A program made the position numbers and the translations under genes. Under the pieces are notes generated by a model. The model was not told the origin of the DNA, made no database searches, and was given only the letters and a program-made list of their open reading frames with translations. A stretch of DNA of 64,000 bases from Candidatus Micrarchaeota archaeon (lineage in GTDB: Archaea > B1Sed10-29 > B47-G15), in NCBI GenBank assembly GCA_003660975.1, contig QMVG01000005.1, forward strand, positions 9,963-73,962. Direction: 5' to 3'. This document shows, piece by piece, positions 48,728 to 57,699 of this stretch (position 1 is its first letter; each line of letters starts with the position of its first letter).

Positions 48728-49051
48728 ATGAAAAAGAAGAAAGGAAAACTGGGAAGCGCTGCCAGATACGGAGCAAGATACAGTTCTGTCTTGAAACAAA
48801 AAGTAAACAAAATCGAGAAGATTCAAAAAAGACCTCAAATATGTCCACAGTGTGGCAGAAAGTCATTGAAAAGAGTGAGCTTTGCCATATGGGAGTGCAG
48901 CAAATGCGGTCTAATAATGGCTGGCGGGGCATACAGCCCGCGAACTAGAATAGGGCTGGCTGCTGAAAAGATAGTTAGTGGGAAGGGAAGCAAAGAAGAG
49001 GTGCTATCTCTTCTGGAAGAAGAGAATAAAGAAGAGAAGGTGGAGGCATGA
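48728..49051 (+). CDS. rpl37ae: 50S ribosomal protein eL43 (L37Ae)
   Basis: RYGARY, CPQCG, IWECSKCG, AGGAY. Confidence 0.93.
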   Translation: MKKKKGKLGSAARYGARYSSVLKQKVNKIEKIQKRPQICPQCGRKSLKRVSFAIWECSKCGLIMAGGAYSPRTRIGLAAEKIVSGKGSKEEVLSLLEEENKEEKVEA

Positions 49052-49176
49052 CTTGGAAGTGTTTTAGGTGTGGAAAGAAAATTGATGACATAAATGCAGT
49101 AAAATGCCCTTACTGTGGATATAGGATTCTCATTAAAGAAAGACCTCCCATTGCAAAGAAACTGAGAACTGACTGA
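49048..49176 (+). CDS. rpoP: RNA polymerase subunit P (Rpo12)
   Basis: Manual translation MTWKCFRCGKKIDDINAVKCPYCGYRILIKERPPIAKKLRTD*; below the ORF-track cutoff; conserved synteny. Confidence 0.92.
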   Translation: MTWKCFRCGKKIDDINAVKCPYCGYRILIKERPPIAKKLRTD

Positions 49177-49181
49177 GTTTT

Positions 49182-49649
49182 ATGTTGTTGATAAGCAGTT
49201 CCAGAAAACCTTCAAGGAAGACAAGGACTTTAGCCAGGCAGTTAGCAAAAGCAGTGCCTCACTCGCGTTATATCACAAGGGGAAAGAAAAATATTGATGC
49301 CTTATGTTCAGAAGCACGGCGCTTGGGTTATTCAAGAATTGCTATCATATATGAAAAACACGGCAATCCAAGTCAGATCCACTTTATAGAGAACCACGTA
49401 GATTCGTGGGAATGGCTTCCTGAAATAATCCAGATAGAGCACAGTAGTATCAATGAAAAAATAAAAAAGGCGTTTGAGGAAATTAAAGTACTGGGTGAAA
49501 ACAAGGATAAGATAACAAAGCTGTTTAACACAGAAACATCAGATGAAACAGAAAATGTCATAGAGGCTGAAAAAAATACCATCAAGGTTAAAAAGCATAA
49601 AAAGGAATTTGTGTTCATAAAGTATAGGATAATAAAAAAGGAGGTTTAA
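49182..49649 (+). CDS. Brix-domain ribosome biogenesis protein
   Basis: SSRKPS.KTR, RGK, E.HGNP motifs. Confidence 0.85.
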   Translation: MLLISSSRKPSRKTRTLARQLAKAVPHSRYITRGKKNIDALCSEARRLGYSRIAIIYEKHGNPSQIHFIENHVDSWEWLPEIIQIEHSSINEKIKKAFEEIKVLGENKDKITKLFNTETSDETENVIEAEKNTIKVKKHKKEFVFIKYRIIKKEV

Positions 49650-49651
49650 GG

Positions 49652-49993
49652 ATGGCAGAAGAAGATTTGCAAAAGCAGTTGGTCTTTGCAGATAGCCTGC
49701 AGAGGCAATTGCAGAACATATTAGGACAAAAACAGTTCTTGGAATTGGAAAATGTTCAGATAAACAACAGCTTGGCTGAGCTTGAGAAAGCCAAAGGCAA
49801 GGTATTTAAGGCAGTTGGAAATGTCCTTATTGAAAAAGACGTGAAAAAACTTATAGATGAGCTCAATGAAAAGAAAAAACAAAACGACGAGAAAATAGAA
49901 AAGCTTAAAAAGCAGGAAGAAATGATTAACTCAAAATTAACCGAGGTGCAGAAGGGCATTGAGGAGAAGCTGAAAAATAAGAAGAATGAATAA
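49652..49993 (+). CDS. pfdB: Prefoldin beta subunit
   Basis: Coiled coils flanking VFKAVGNVLI hairpin. Confidence 0.9.
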   Translation: MAEEDLQKQLVFADSLQRQLQNILGQKQFLELENVQINNSLAELEKAKGKVFKAVGNVLIEKDVKKLIDELNEKKKQNDEKIEKLKKQEEMINSKLTEVQKGIEEKLKNKKNE

Positions 49994-50040
49994 GCTTTAA
50001 ATATGAATACTGGTTTATAGAATAGAGAGGCTGATTTGCT

Positions 50041-50280
50041 ATGTATAAGCTAAGCGATGTTTATGGAAAGAGGATATTTGACCAGCATAGTAATTTCATA
50101 GGCACTGCGCGAGATGTGCTTATAGACCCTGCAGAGAAAAGGATAAAGTTTTTGCTCAAAGAAGACCCTATGAGCATTCTTGGAAGGGATAGAGTAGAAG
50201 CCAAGAAATTCATAAAAGAAAACTTCATTCCTTTTGAAAAAGTAATTGCCATAGGTGACATAATCATATTAAAGGAGTAA
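50041..50280 (+). CDS. PRC-barrel protein (CdpB-like)
   Basis: LSD.YGK.I......IG...DV.ID, IPF..V.AIGDII. Confidence 0.85.
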   Translation: MYKLSDVYGKRIFDQHSNFIGTARDVLIDPAEKRIKFLLKEDPMSILGRDRVEAKKFIKENFIPFEKVIAIGDIIILKE

Positions 50281-50286
50281 GGTATT

Positions 50287-50529
50287 ATGAAGCCAGTAAT
50301 AGGAAAAAAATTAAAAGGAAGGGCCGTGGTAAGCACAGCAGGTTTGAGATTGGGAGAGGTTCTGGACGTGTATTTTGAGCGCGGCGGAGAGCTTCTTAGC
50401 CTGGTGGTGAAACCAGAGAAAATAACAAAAGACATAGAAGAGTACATAAATCCAAACAATCTCATTGAGGTGCCTTTTGAAAAAGTACAGGCAATAGGCA
50501 GGTATGTTATCGTTGATTTTCCGTTCTGA
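50287..50529 (+). CDS. PRC-barrel protein (CdpB-like)
   Basis: L.GR.V....G..LG.V.D, VPF..V.AIG.YVIV. Confidence 0.85.
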   Translation: MKPVIGKKLKGRAVVSTAGLRLGEVLDVYFERGGELLSLVVKPEKITKDIEEYINPNNLIEVPFEKVQAIGRYVIVDFPF

Positions 50530-50587
50530 ACTTCTTTTTTATTAATTTTTATAATGAATGCCCTTAGCTGCTTTTCTTTTAAAAAGA

Positions 50588-50722
50588 GAAAAAGGCAAAT
50601 GTGGTTGTGGAGAGGCAGGGAAACCACACAAATGACCCCTTTGGCTGGGTGAGCCTTCTCCCATGCCTCTCCTAATTATTAACAACCGTTTCCTTCCTGC
50701 CTCTTAAGCCAACTCACCTCCA
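50588..50722 (-). ncRNA. Candidate structured small RNA
   Basis: GC-rich island downstream of minus-strand TTTTATATA (50752-50744), several long complementary segments, ends in a U-tract. Confidence 0.45.
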
Positions 50723-50965
50723 ATAGTTATAATGAACAAGTGATATATAAAACTATCGTTTATGTAAAAAATTGGCACAGAAATCCATATAAATAGTATA
50801 CAATTGTTCAATTATTTAAGTATAAGTTGGATAAATGTCTATATGTATATAAATAGGTTAAAATCAACACGAAGAATTAGGGCCATCATTGGCAGTTTCT
50901 TAAGGGCGCGCAGATATATAAAGATTTTGTCAAAGCTTAATAAAGTGCTCTTTCTTACTTTATTT

Positions 50966-51989
50966 ATGGGAGTAGATTACCGTAAGCATTTAAGAAACGT
51001 TAAGAAAACTTTGGAGATGCGAGCGCTTCTCTTTGGCGCTGACCTTACATATGTAAGCGGCTGGCCTTCTTCTTACTCAGAAAGCTATGATTGCCTGCTT
51101 ACTGGAAGGCAAAATTACCTATTTACTTGGGATTATGAAGTTTTTAAAAGGGTGAGTAAAAAGATAGCTGTAAGGCACGGAAAAAATCTAAAAACTTTTT
51201 TGGAAAGCAAACGCATAAAAGAGCTTGGAATCAGGAAGGATAAGATAAGCTATAAGCTCTACCAAAAATTAAGCAGAAAAACACGTTTGATAGATATATC
51301 AGAGGAACTGAAAAAAATAAGGAGCGTGAAGGATACTGAAGAAATAAAAGCGATAAAAAAAGCATGCAGCTATGCAGACAAAGCAATGGGAGTAGCTATG
51401 GAAGTAGTTAGAGAAGGTGTTAGTGAAAGAAAGGTTAGAAATGAGATTTTGCATGCTGTGATGGATGAATGTGAAAGCATTGCTTTTGAGCCGATAGTGG
51501 CAAGCGGAAGGAATTCATTATATATTCACATACTGCCAGAAAAAAAGAAGATAAAAAAGGCAGAAACAGTAATCGTAGACATCGGCTTTAAAGTAAACAA
51601 TTACTGCTCTGATTTAAGCAGGACTTTTATAGTAAAGCCAAGCAAAAAGCAGAAGGAATTGTATGAGAAGGTGCTTGAAGCCCAAAATGTGGCAATGGAC
51701 TTAGCTTACCCTGGCGTGAAGGCCTCTGAAATATCAAAAGCCGTTGATGATTTTTTTCAAAAGCAAAGGCCTTGATAAATATGTCAAATATGCTCTTGGT
51801 CATGGTGTGGGAATAGAGGTTCACGAAAGCCCTTTGATAAGCTCAAAAAGCAAAGACCTGCTGCATGAGAACACAGTATTCACGCTGGAACCTGGCCTGC
51901 ACATTCCAAAGCTAGGAGGCATACGCATAGAAGACACCTTTGTCATGACAAAAAAAGGCCCGAAAGCATTAACAAAGGTTGAAAAATAA
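50966..51989 (+). pseudogene. pepQ: Xaa-Pro aminopeptidase (M24), split by a +1 frameshift in a T7 run
   Basis: R.VK..EE, D.G...Y.SD..RT in ORF1; GHGVG.EVHE, EPG, GIRIED in ORF2; removing one T at 51751-51757 joins them. Confidence 0.8.
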
Positions 51990-52034
51990 GGTTAAAAGCA
52001 AAAGATTGGGCTTTTATTCCTATTGGAATAAACG

Positions 52035-52310
52035 TCAAAGCCCTATGTCTTCCTCAGCTTCCTCTACTTCTGGCATTGCCTTGCCGACTGGTATCACAAT
52101 GTTTCTGGTTTGGTTCTTGTCTACTGAATAAACTATCCTTATGTTGCCGAAGGCAGACCTTTCATTGGAAAGCCTTTCTATTCTATCTAGAATATCTTTT
52201 GCCTTGACGCTCATCGCTCCTTCAAATATAATATCCTCTACCTTAAAGCCAGCCTCTTTGAGCATTTTATAAGACTTTACAACTTCATCTTTCATTCCCA
52301 TATAAACCAC
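52035..52310 (-). CDS. Hypothetical protein
   Basis: ~90-aa ORF with acidic C-terminus; occupies the intergenic gap. Confidence 0.5.
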   Translation of the reverse strand: MVYMGMKDEVVKSYKMLKEAGFKVEDIIFEGAMSVKAKDILDRIERLSNERSAFGNIRIVYSVDKNQTRNIVIPVGKAMPEVEEAEEDIGL

Positions 52311-52398
52311 TAAAAATAGGCAGTGCAGATTTATTAAGCTTGCTCTCAGCTGTGATATTTATTAATGATTAATAGTCTAATAATTCAAACAAATTTCA

Positions 52399-52944
52399 GT
52401 GATTAAAATGAATGTAGAGATAATCCGAATTTGCAACTTTGAGCTCTTTAAGTTCATAAATGGCATGGCAGGAAAAAACACAATTTTAGATACTTTTATG
52501 ATCCTATCAGCCAAGTACATCATATATATAATACCCATACTGGTCGCTTTAATGCTTATTAAGAAAAGAGATAGGGTGAATGGCATATTGGTAGGCATAA
52601 GCACTGTACTGGCCTATGCATTAGTAGAGTTGATAAACAGCATATATTATCATGCAAGACCTTTTGCGCTTGGCGTTGGGACAAAACTAATTCCCTATCC
52701 TTTGGAAAGCTCATTTCCCAGCGGCCATACTACTTTGATGTTTACTGCAGCATTTTCCCTTCTCTTGCTGGGCAAAAAAAAGCTTGCGAAAGTCATGCTG
52801 TTTTTGGCTTCAATAGTTGCTTTTTCCAGAATTTACGTTGGAGTGCACTTTCCAATAGATATATTTGCAGGCGTTGCTTTAGCTTTTTTTGTGTCTGTCT
52901 TGGCAATTGAGAGTAAAAACAAAATTATGAGATGGTCAAAATGA
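52399..52944 (+). CDS. PAP2-family lipid (polyprenyl) pyrophosphate phosphatase
   Basis: RPF, SFPSGH, SRIYVGVHFP.D. Confidence 0.9.
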   Translation: MIKMNVEIIRICNFELFKFINGMAGKNTILDTFMILSAKYIIYIIPILVALMLIKKRDRVNGILVGISTVLAYALVELINSIYYHARPFALGVGTKLIPYPLESSFPSGHTTLMFTAAFSLLLLGKKKLAKVMLFLASIVAFSRIYVGVHFPIDIFAGVALAFFVSVLAIESKNKIMRWSK

Positions 52945-53555
52945 TAGAGATATTGGGAGAATTGGCCTCATTGATTGTGAATGCAGTTGGAGATATGGGT
53001 TATATAGGAATAGTAATTCTCATGTTTTTAGAGAGCTCCTTCTTTCCATTCCCTTCGGAGATAGTAATGATACCTGCTGGTTATCTTGCCTTCCTGGGAA
53101 AAATGGATTTACTGCTGGTTGTTTTTTTCGGTATCCTCGGCAGCGTTCTCGGAGCTGCCTTTAACTATTGGCTGGGACGGTATTTAGGAAGGCCTATGCT
53201 CATTAAATACGGAAAATATTTCTTCTTGAGCAAGGAGAGATTTGAATTTGTTGAGAGCAAATTTAATGAAAATGGGGAGATGATAACATTTATAGGCAGG
53301 TTAATTCCTGGCTTGAGGCAGTACATCTCATTTCCTCCAGGCATAACTAGAATGAACTTTGCTAAGTTCATGGCGTTTACAGCTATGGGAGCAGGTATAT
53401 GGGTAAGCATTTTAGCAATACTTGGCTTTTACCTCGGAAAAAAACAACATTTAATAAATGAATACTTAAGGCAGATAACAATAGTTATCCTTGCACTATG
53501 CATTGCTTTGATAATCATATATTTTGTGTGGAAGAAAAAACAGCGATCACATTGA
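52932..53555 (+). CDS. DedA-family membrane protein
   Basis: FLESSFFPFPSE, YWLGR, GRLIPGLR..IS.P.G. Confidence 0.92.
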   Translation: MVKMIEILGELASLIVNAVGDMGYIGIVILMFLESSFFPFPSEIVMIPAGYLAFLGKMDLLLVVFFGILGSVLGAAFNYWLGRYLGRPMLIKYGKYFFLSKERFEFVESKFNENGEMITFIGRLIPGLRQYISFPPGITRMNFAKFMAFTAMGAGIWVSILAILGFYLGKKQHLINEYLRQITIVILALCIALIIIYFVWKKKQRSH

Positions 53556-54800
53556 ACCTTGGGCAGCAATCTCCAGCAACTTGTTTATCTCTATTCGATA
53601 TTGGAAGGGCAGATGCTTCAGAACGGGTTCAACAAATCCCTTTATCAAAACTGCTCTTGCAGTTTCCTCATCTAAACCCCTGCTCATCAGGTAAAAGAGT
53701 GCCTCCTCATTTAACCTTCCTATGGACGCTTCGTGGGAAAGCTCAGCGTCTTTATGTTTAGTAAATAATGCAGGCACACTTTCTATTTCGCTCTTATCAT
53801 CAAGCAATATGCCATCACAGGAGATATGGCCTTTGCATTTGCTGAAAGCTTTTATTTCGTCCTCAATAAGGATACTGGAAGCTTCAGAAGCAATTGCCTT
53901 GCTTGGCAACACAACAGAGGACTGTTTGCCTCTCACATAAACGGTTGCTCCAAGCTTTACTTTGCTGCTTTTGGTGAAAACAATGCTCTCCACAGATACC
54001 TTTGAATTATCTCCTCTGATTTCTATCTCAGGATACTCAACTGTTGAGGCCCCGCCACCATATATAACGTTTATCAGATGTAACTTTGAATTATTTCCAA
54101 GTACAATCTTTGATATGGGTCTTGTGTGGACATGCTTTGGCCAATTTTGTAATTTTGTAAGTGTTAGCTCAGCATTGTCTTTTATATATATCTCATTTAT
54201 GCCTATGTGAACTGATTCCCTTATGAAAAGAGGAGCAGTGCAACCCTCAACCAGAAAGATTTTTGAGTGCGGCTCTGCTATTACAACAGTATGCTCCATT
54301 TGGCTGTAAAGTGGAGACAGGAGCATAAAATAAGCATGGATAGGCAAATCGTATTTGCCTTTTGCCCAAACAAAAACACCATTCTTCCAATTTGCAGCGT
54401 GATATGCAGTGAGTTTATTTTCGTCATATTTCACCAGATTAAAAAAGTACTCTTTAAGCCAGTCGTATTTTTTTAAAGCTACATCCATTGCCTCAATGAT
54501 TATCTGCTTTTTCGCTAACTCATCCCTAACCTTTTTGTATATGACATTGTCATTGGCCTGCACTGAGAGCCCAAAAAACATCTTTCTCTCCTCTTCAGAT
54601 ATGCCCATCTTCTCAAATAGGTCCAGCACCTCTTTTGGCGCGTCCTCTATTTTCTCTATCTTGGGAATTTCTTTTGGAGATTTTATGAATTTCATGATGT
54701 CTATAAACTCGCCTCTCGGCAGAGGCAAACTATTAATTGACGCTGATGCTTTTTTCCTTATCTCAGTCACCCAATCTGCTTCATATGTTCGCATATCCAA
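53547..54800 (-). CDS. sufB: Fe-S assembly scaffold SufB/SufD family
   Basis: EHT.IA, EGCTAP, CDGILL, HEASIG, YLMSRGL..A...GF. Confidence 0.9.
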   Translation of the reverse strand: MDMRTYEADWVTEIRKKASASINSLPLPRGEFIDIMKFIKSPKEIPKIEKIEDAPKEVLDLFEKMGISEEERKMFFGLSVQANDNVIYKKVRDELAKKQIIIEAMDVALKKYDWLKEYFFNLVKYDENKLTAYHAANWKNGVFVWAKGKYDLPIHAYFMLLSPLYSQMEHTVVIAEPHSKIFLVEGCTAPLFIRESVHIGINEIYIKDNAELTLTKLQNWPKHVHTRPISKIVLGNNSKLHLINVIYGGGASTVEYPEIEIRGDNSKVSVESIVFTKSSKVKLGATVYVRGKQSSVVLPSKAIASEASSILIEDEIKAFSKCKGHISCDGILLDDKSEIESVPALFTKHKDAELSHEASIGRLNEEALFYLMSRGLDEETARAVLIKGFVEPVLKHLPFQYRIEINKLLEIAAQGSM

Positions 54801-55497
54801 TTTCCTCCACCTGCTTTAGAATGTCAGTGCCTGCCTCCTTGACTATCCTCTTGTCTTTCATAATGTAAACTGAGTCAATGTCAAGATAATCAAAGAGCTT
54901 GTATTGATGGCTGATAATAAGAAAAGCAATGCCTTTTTTCTGCATTGACTTTATCCTATCTGCCATCAGCTTTATAGAGTCCATATCAAGGCCAGAGTCA
55001 GGTTCATCCAAAATTGCTAACTTGACATCCATGGCTTCAAGTAAAGAGAAATCCAACTTTTTCTTTTCTCCGCCTGAAAAACCTTTATTGAAATACCTTG
55101 ACAAAAATTGAGAATCCATATTAAAGAAGCCCATTGCTTTCTCTACTTTGCCAACCATTTTAGCAGGGTCTCTGTTCAAAGCAGATGCTATGCTGCTCAC
55201 AACATCTCTAACCCTAACCCCATCAATATGGGGCGCTGATTGGAACATTAGATAAATTCCTAGCTTAGCCCTCTCAGAGGCGGTTGTGTTGTTTATGCTT
55301 TTGCCATTGTAAAAAATATTGCCCTCAATCACTTTGTAATCCGGCCTGCCGGCTATAGCATAAGCCAGTGATGACTTTCCAGAACCATTAGGACCTATGA
55401 GAGCTTTTATTTCCCCTTTATTTATTTCCAAATTGGCCTGTTCAACTAAATCCTTCTGATTATGTCTAACAGTTAAGTTTTCTACCTTCAAAAGCAT
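54781..55497 (-). CDS. sufC: Fe-S assembly ABC ATPase SufC
   Basis: GPNGSGKS, FSGGEKK, LDEPDSGLD. Confidence 0.92.
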   Translation of the reverse strand: MLLKVENLTVRHNQKDLVEQANLEINKGEIKALIGPNGSGKSSLAYAIAGRPDYKVIEGNIFYNGKSINNTTASERAKLGIYLMFQSAPHIDGVRVRDVVSSIASALNRDPAKMVGKVEKAMGFFNMDSQFLSRYFNKGFSGGEKKKLDFSLLEAMDVKLAILDEPDSGLDMDSIKLMADRIKSMQKKGIAFLIISHQYKLFDYLDIDSVYIMKDKRIVKEAGTDILKQVEEIGYANI

Positions 55498-55502
55498 AGA
55501 AA

Positions 55503-55808
55503 TCACTTTAAGTATCCTAATTTCCTCTTGGCTTCGTCGCTCATCATATCTGGATTCCAAGGCGGGTCAAAGACCAGCTCAATATCTGGTTTCTTCCCAA
55601 ACTTCTCTTCAAGAGCCACAGTAACAGAGCCAAGAATCCACCTGCCTAGAGGGCAAGTTGGCACAGTAAATGTCATCTTCACATGTATGTTGTCATTAAC
55701 TTCTATGTCATATATCAGACCCAGATCAACAACGTTCACACCTAGTTCTGGGTCTATCACCTTTTTTAACACCTCTAAAACTTCCTCTTTTCTTATTTTC
55801 TCACTCAT
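55503..55808 (-). CDS. SufT/DUF59 (MIP18) family protein
   Basis: VIDPELG.NVVDLGLIY, T.P.CP, PPW.P..MS. Confidence 0.92.
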   Translation of the reverse strand: MSEKIRKEEVLEVLKKVIDPELGVNVVDLGLIYDIEVNDNIHVKMTFTVPTCPLGRWILGSVTVALEEKFGKKPDIELVFDPPWNPDMMSDEAKRKLGYLK

Positions 55809-55929
55809 GCTTTCATTTGGCGTAAATAAAATTATTAAATGTAATGTTAAGCTCAAAGCAGCAATGAAAAGCTCAAAAAGGGCATCAATTTATAAATATT
55901 CTGTTTTTGATATATTAGGAGGCACTTTG

Positions 55930-56874
55930 ATGATAAGAAAGAAAGCAATACTGATTATTTTTGCTATTACAACAATCTCATGGCTATTCGGATTTTTAAT
56001 AAACATCAGCGGAAAAGAGATTATCCACGGTCAAGTCCCCACAAACCCAATAGTTAGCTCTCTGGCGGTATTTACAATATCTCTTTTTCTTTTTGGATAT
56101 GGGGCTCCTTTAGTAATGTTCGTAATTGGAGTTATAAATGGCATTAGTTTTAGAGTAAACTCTCTTTTTGCCCTATTCTCAGCCTCAGCTGCATTCTTGG
56201 CTGCGTACGCAAGTATAAGACTGGGAACAGCAATGCTGTCAGACATAAAAGGAGAGGGAAATTTGAGAAACGCAGTAAAGATAAGCTTAACTGTGCTTTT
56301 CGTGTCCTTAATAATTTCTTCTGCTGTTGATGTGTCCCCAAGCCTTGGCATACCTTCAGAGAGTTTAGATATGCCAATTATGACAGAAGATATGCTCTCC
56401 ATAAGACCTGTGAGGGACTGTTATATTGATGAAAGCTCTCCAAAAAGTTCATTTGAAAACAGCGAGGTCTTAAAGATAGGCAATAAAAACGGGGAGAAAT
56501 GGATACTGCTCTCTTTTGAGATGCCTGATCTAGAAATAAGCTCAGCTACTCTCAAACTATATGAGAGGGATTTTAAAGATAATACAGCAGAGAAGGTTTT
56601 GGTATTTATTGATGAAAAAGAGATGCCTCAACAAATGACGTGGACAAAGAGATTTAGGATATCAGAGGAAGTTTCTGCATTTATCCTTGAGCCAAAGCTT
56701 GGACCTGTAAGTGTAAAGTTAAGTGGATTGGGAAGATATAGGGGAAAAAGGATAACACTTGTTTTAAAACCATCCAGCTCTCAAATTAGCTGGGAGAAAA
56801 GTATAGGAAGTCTTGAATCAATCTTGCAGGAAATGAAGCCAGAGCTTTTAATAACTTACAAAAAGCAGGCATAA
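55930..56874 (+). CDS. Multi-TM membrane protein with C-terminal DNRLRE-like beta domain
   Basis: N-terminal TM bundle; P..D.YI.E..P..F, L.F.., ISSATLKLY, TW, PEL.ITY pattern. Confidence 0.6.
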   Translation: MIRKKAILIIFAITTISWLFGFLINISGKEIIHGQVPTNPIVSSLAVFTISLFLFGYGAPLVMFVIGVINGISFRVNSLFALFSASAAFLAAYASIRLGTAMLSDIKGEGNLRNAVKISLTVLFVSLIISSAVDVSPSLGIPSESLDMPIMTEDMLSIRPVRDCYIDESSPKSSFENSEVLKIGNKNGEKWILLSFEMPDLEISSATLKLYERDFKDNTAEKVLVFIDEKEMPQQMTWTKRFRISEEVSAFILEPKLGPVSVKLSGLGRYRGKRITLVLKPSSSQISWEKSIGSLESILQEMKPELLITYKKQA

Positions 56875-56927
56875 AACAGCAGCCTGTGTCGCATTAGGAA
56901 GTTTTTTATATAAGAATGCACTTATAA

Positions 56928-57023
56928 GCGTGGAGGCCTTCGTAGACAACCAATGAAGGACCTTTTTCACTACGCACGCGTCACCGTTGCGTTGGGGATG
57001 CCCCAGGCATCCCCACTGTTTTT
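56928..57023 (+). ncRNA. Candidate structured small RNA (three hairpins)
   Basis: TTTTATATA at 56904-56912; GCGTGG/CTACGC, CCTTCGT/ATGAAGG, ACGCG/TGCGT and TGGGGATGCC/GGCATCCCCA stems, then TTTTT. Confidence 0.45.
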
Positions 57024-57060
57024 GGGAAGTTTTAATTATTGGGATTGCTATAAGTTTAGT

Positions 57061-57672
57061 ATGAAGAAGACTTTTTTTGATGACCTTGAACTTGTAGTTT
57101 TTGAGGATGTTTACGAGCCAGATGAAGATTCCTTTTTACTGGCAAGACATGTCAGGCCATTGCCTGGAAGTAAAGTGCTTGATATGGGTTGCGGCTGTGG
57201 GATAATATCTATAGTAGCAGCACTAAAAGGAGCAAAAGTGTTGTCAGTGGATATAAACAAAAGCGCTTTGAGAAATACGGAATTGAACGCCATAAAACAC
57301 AAGGTAAAAAGCAAAATAAAGGTTTTAAGCAGTGACCTCTTTGGAAACGTAAATGGAGTTTTTGACTATATCTACTTCAACCCCCCATATGTGCCCAGAG
57401 ATGAAAATGATGAGATTTTGGGGCGGAGGCATCCTGTTTTGTCAAAGTCATGGGACGGCGGAGAGAAGGGCAGGGAAGTAATAGCAAGATTTATTAAAGA
57501 AGTTGGAAAATACATGCATGAAAAAACAAGGACCCTTATGGTGGCCAGCTCCAAAAATGATTTTCAATGGCTAATAAGTTTTGCAGGGAAGCAGGGCCTT
57601 AACTGTCGCATAATAGACGAAAAACATTTGTTTTTTGAAGCATTGGGTCTTTTTGAACTTAGGAAAGCTTAA
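57061..57672 (+). CDS. HemK2/PrmC-like SAM-dependent methyltransferase
   Basis: VYEP.EDSFLL, LDMGCGCG, NPPY, WDGG..GR. Confidence 0.9.
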   Translation: MKKTFFDDLELVVFEDVYEPDEDSFLLARHVRPLPGSKVLDMGCGCGIISIVAALKGAKVLSVDINKSALRNTELNAIKHKVKSKIKVLSSDLFGNVNGVFDYIYFNPPYVPRDENDEILGRRHPVLSKSWDGGEKGREVIARFIKEVGKYMHEKTRTLMVASSKNDFQWLISFAGKQGLNCRIIDEKHLFFEALGLFELRKA

Positions 57673-57699
57673 TATTCTGTTTTTTGCAGAAATAGAGAT

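Noticed and set aside
55528-55929. Long N-terminal extension of the 448-aa ORF
   Set aside because: Antisense to the DUF59 gene; the real start is ATG 55930 after GGAGG
56953-57060. N-terminal extension of the methyltransferase
   Set aside because: Runs through the GC-rich hairpins; family similarity starts at ATG 57061
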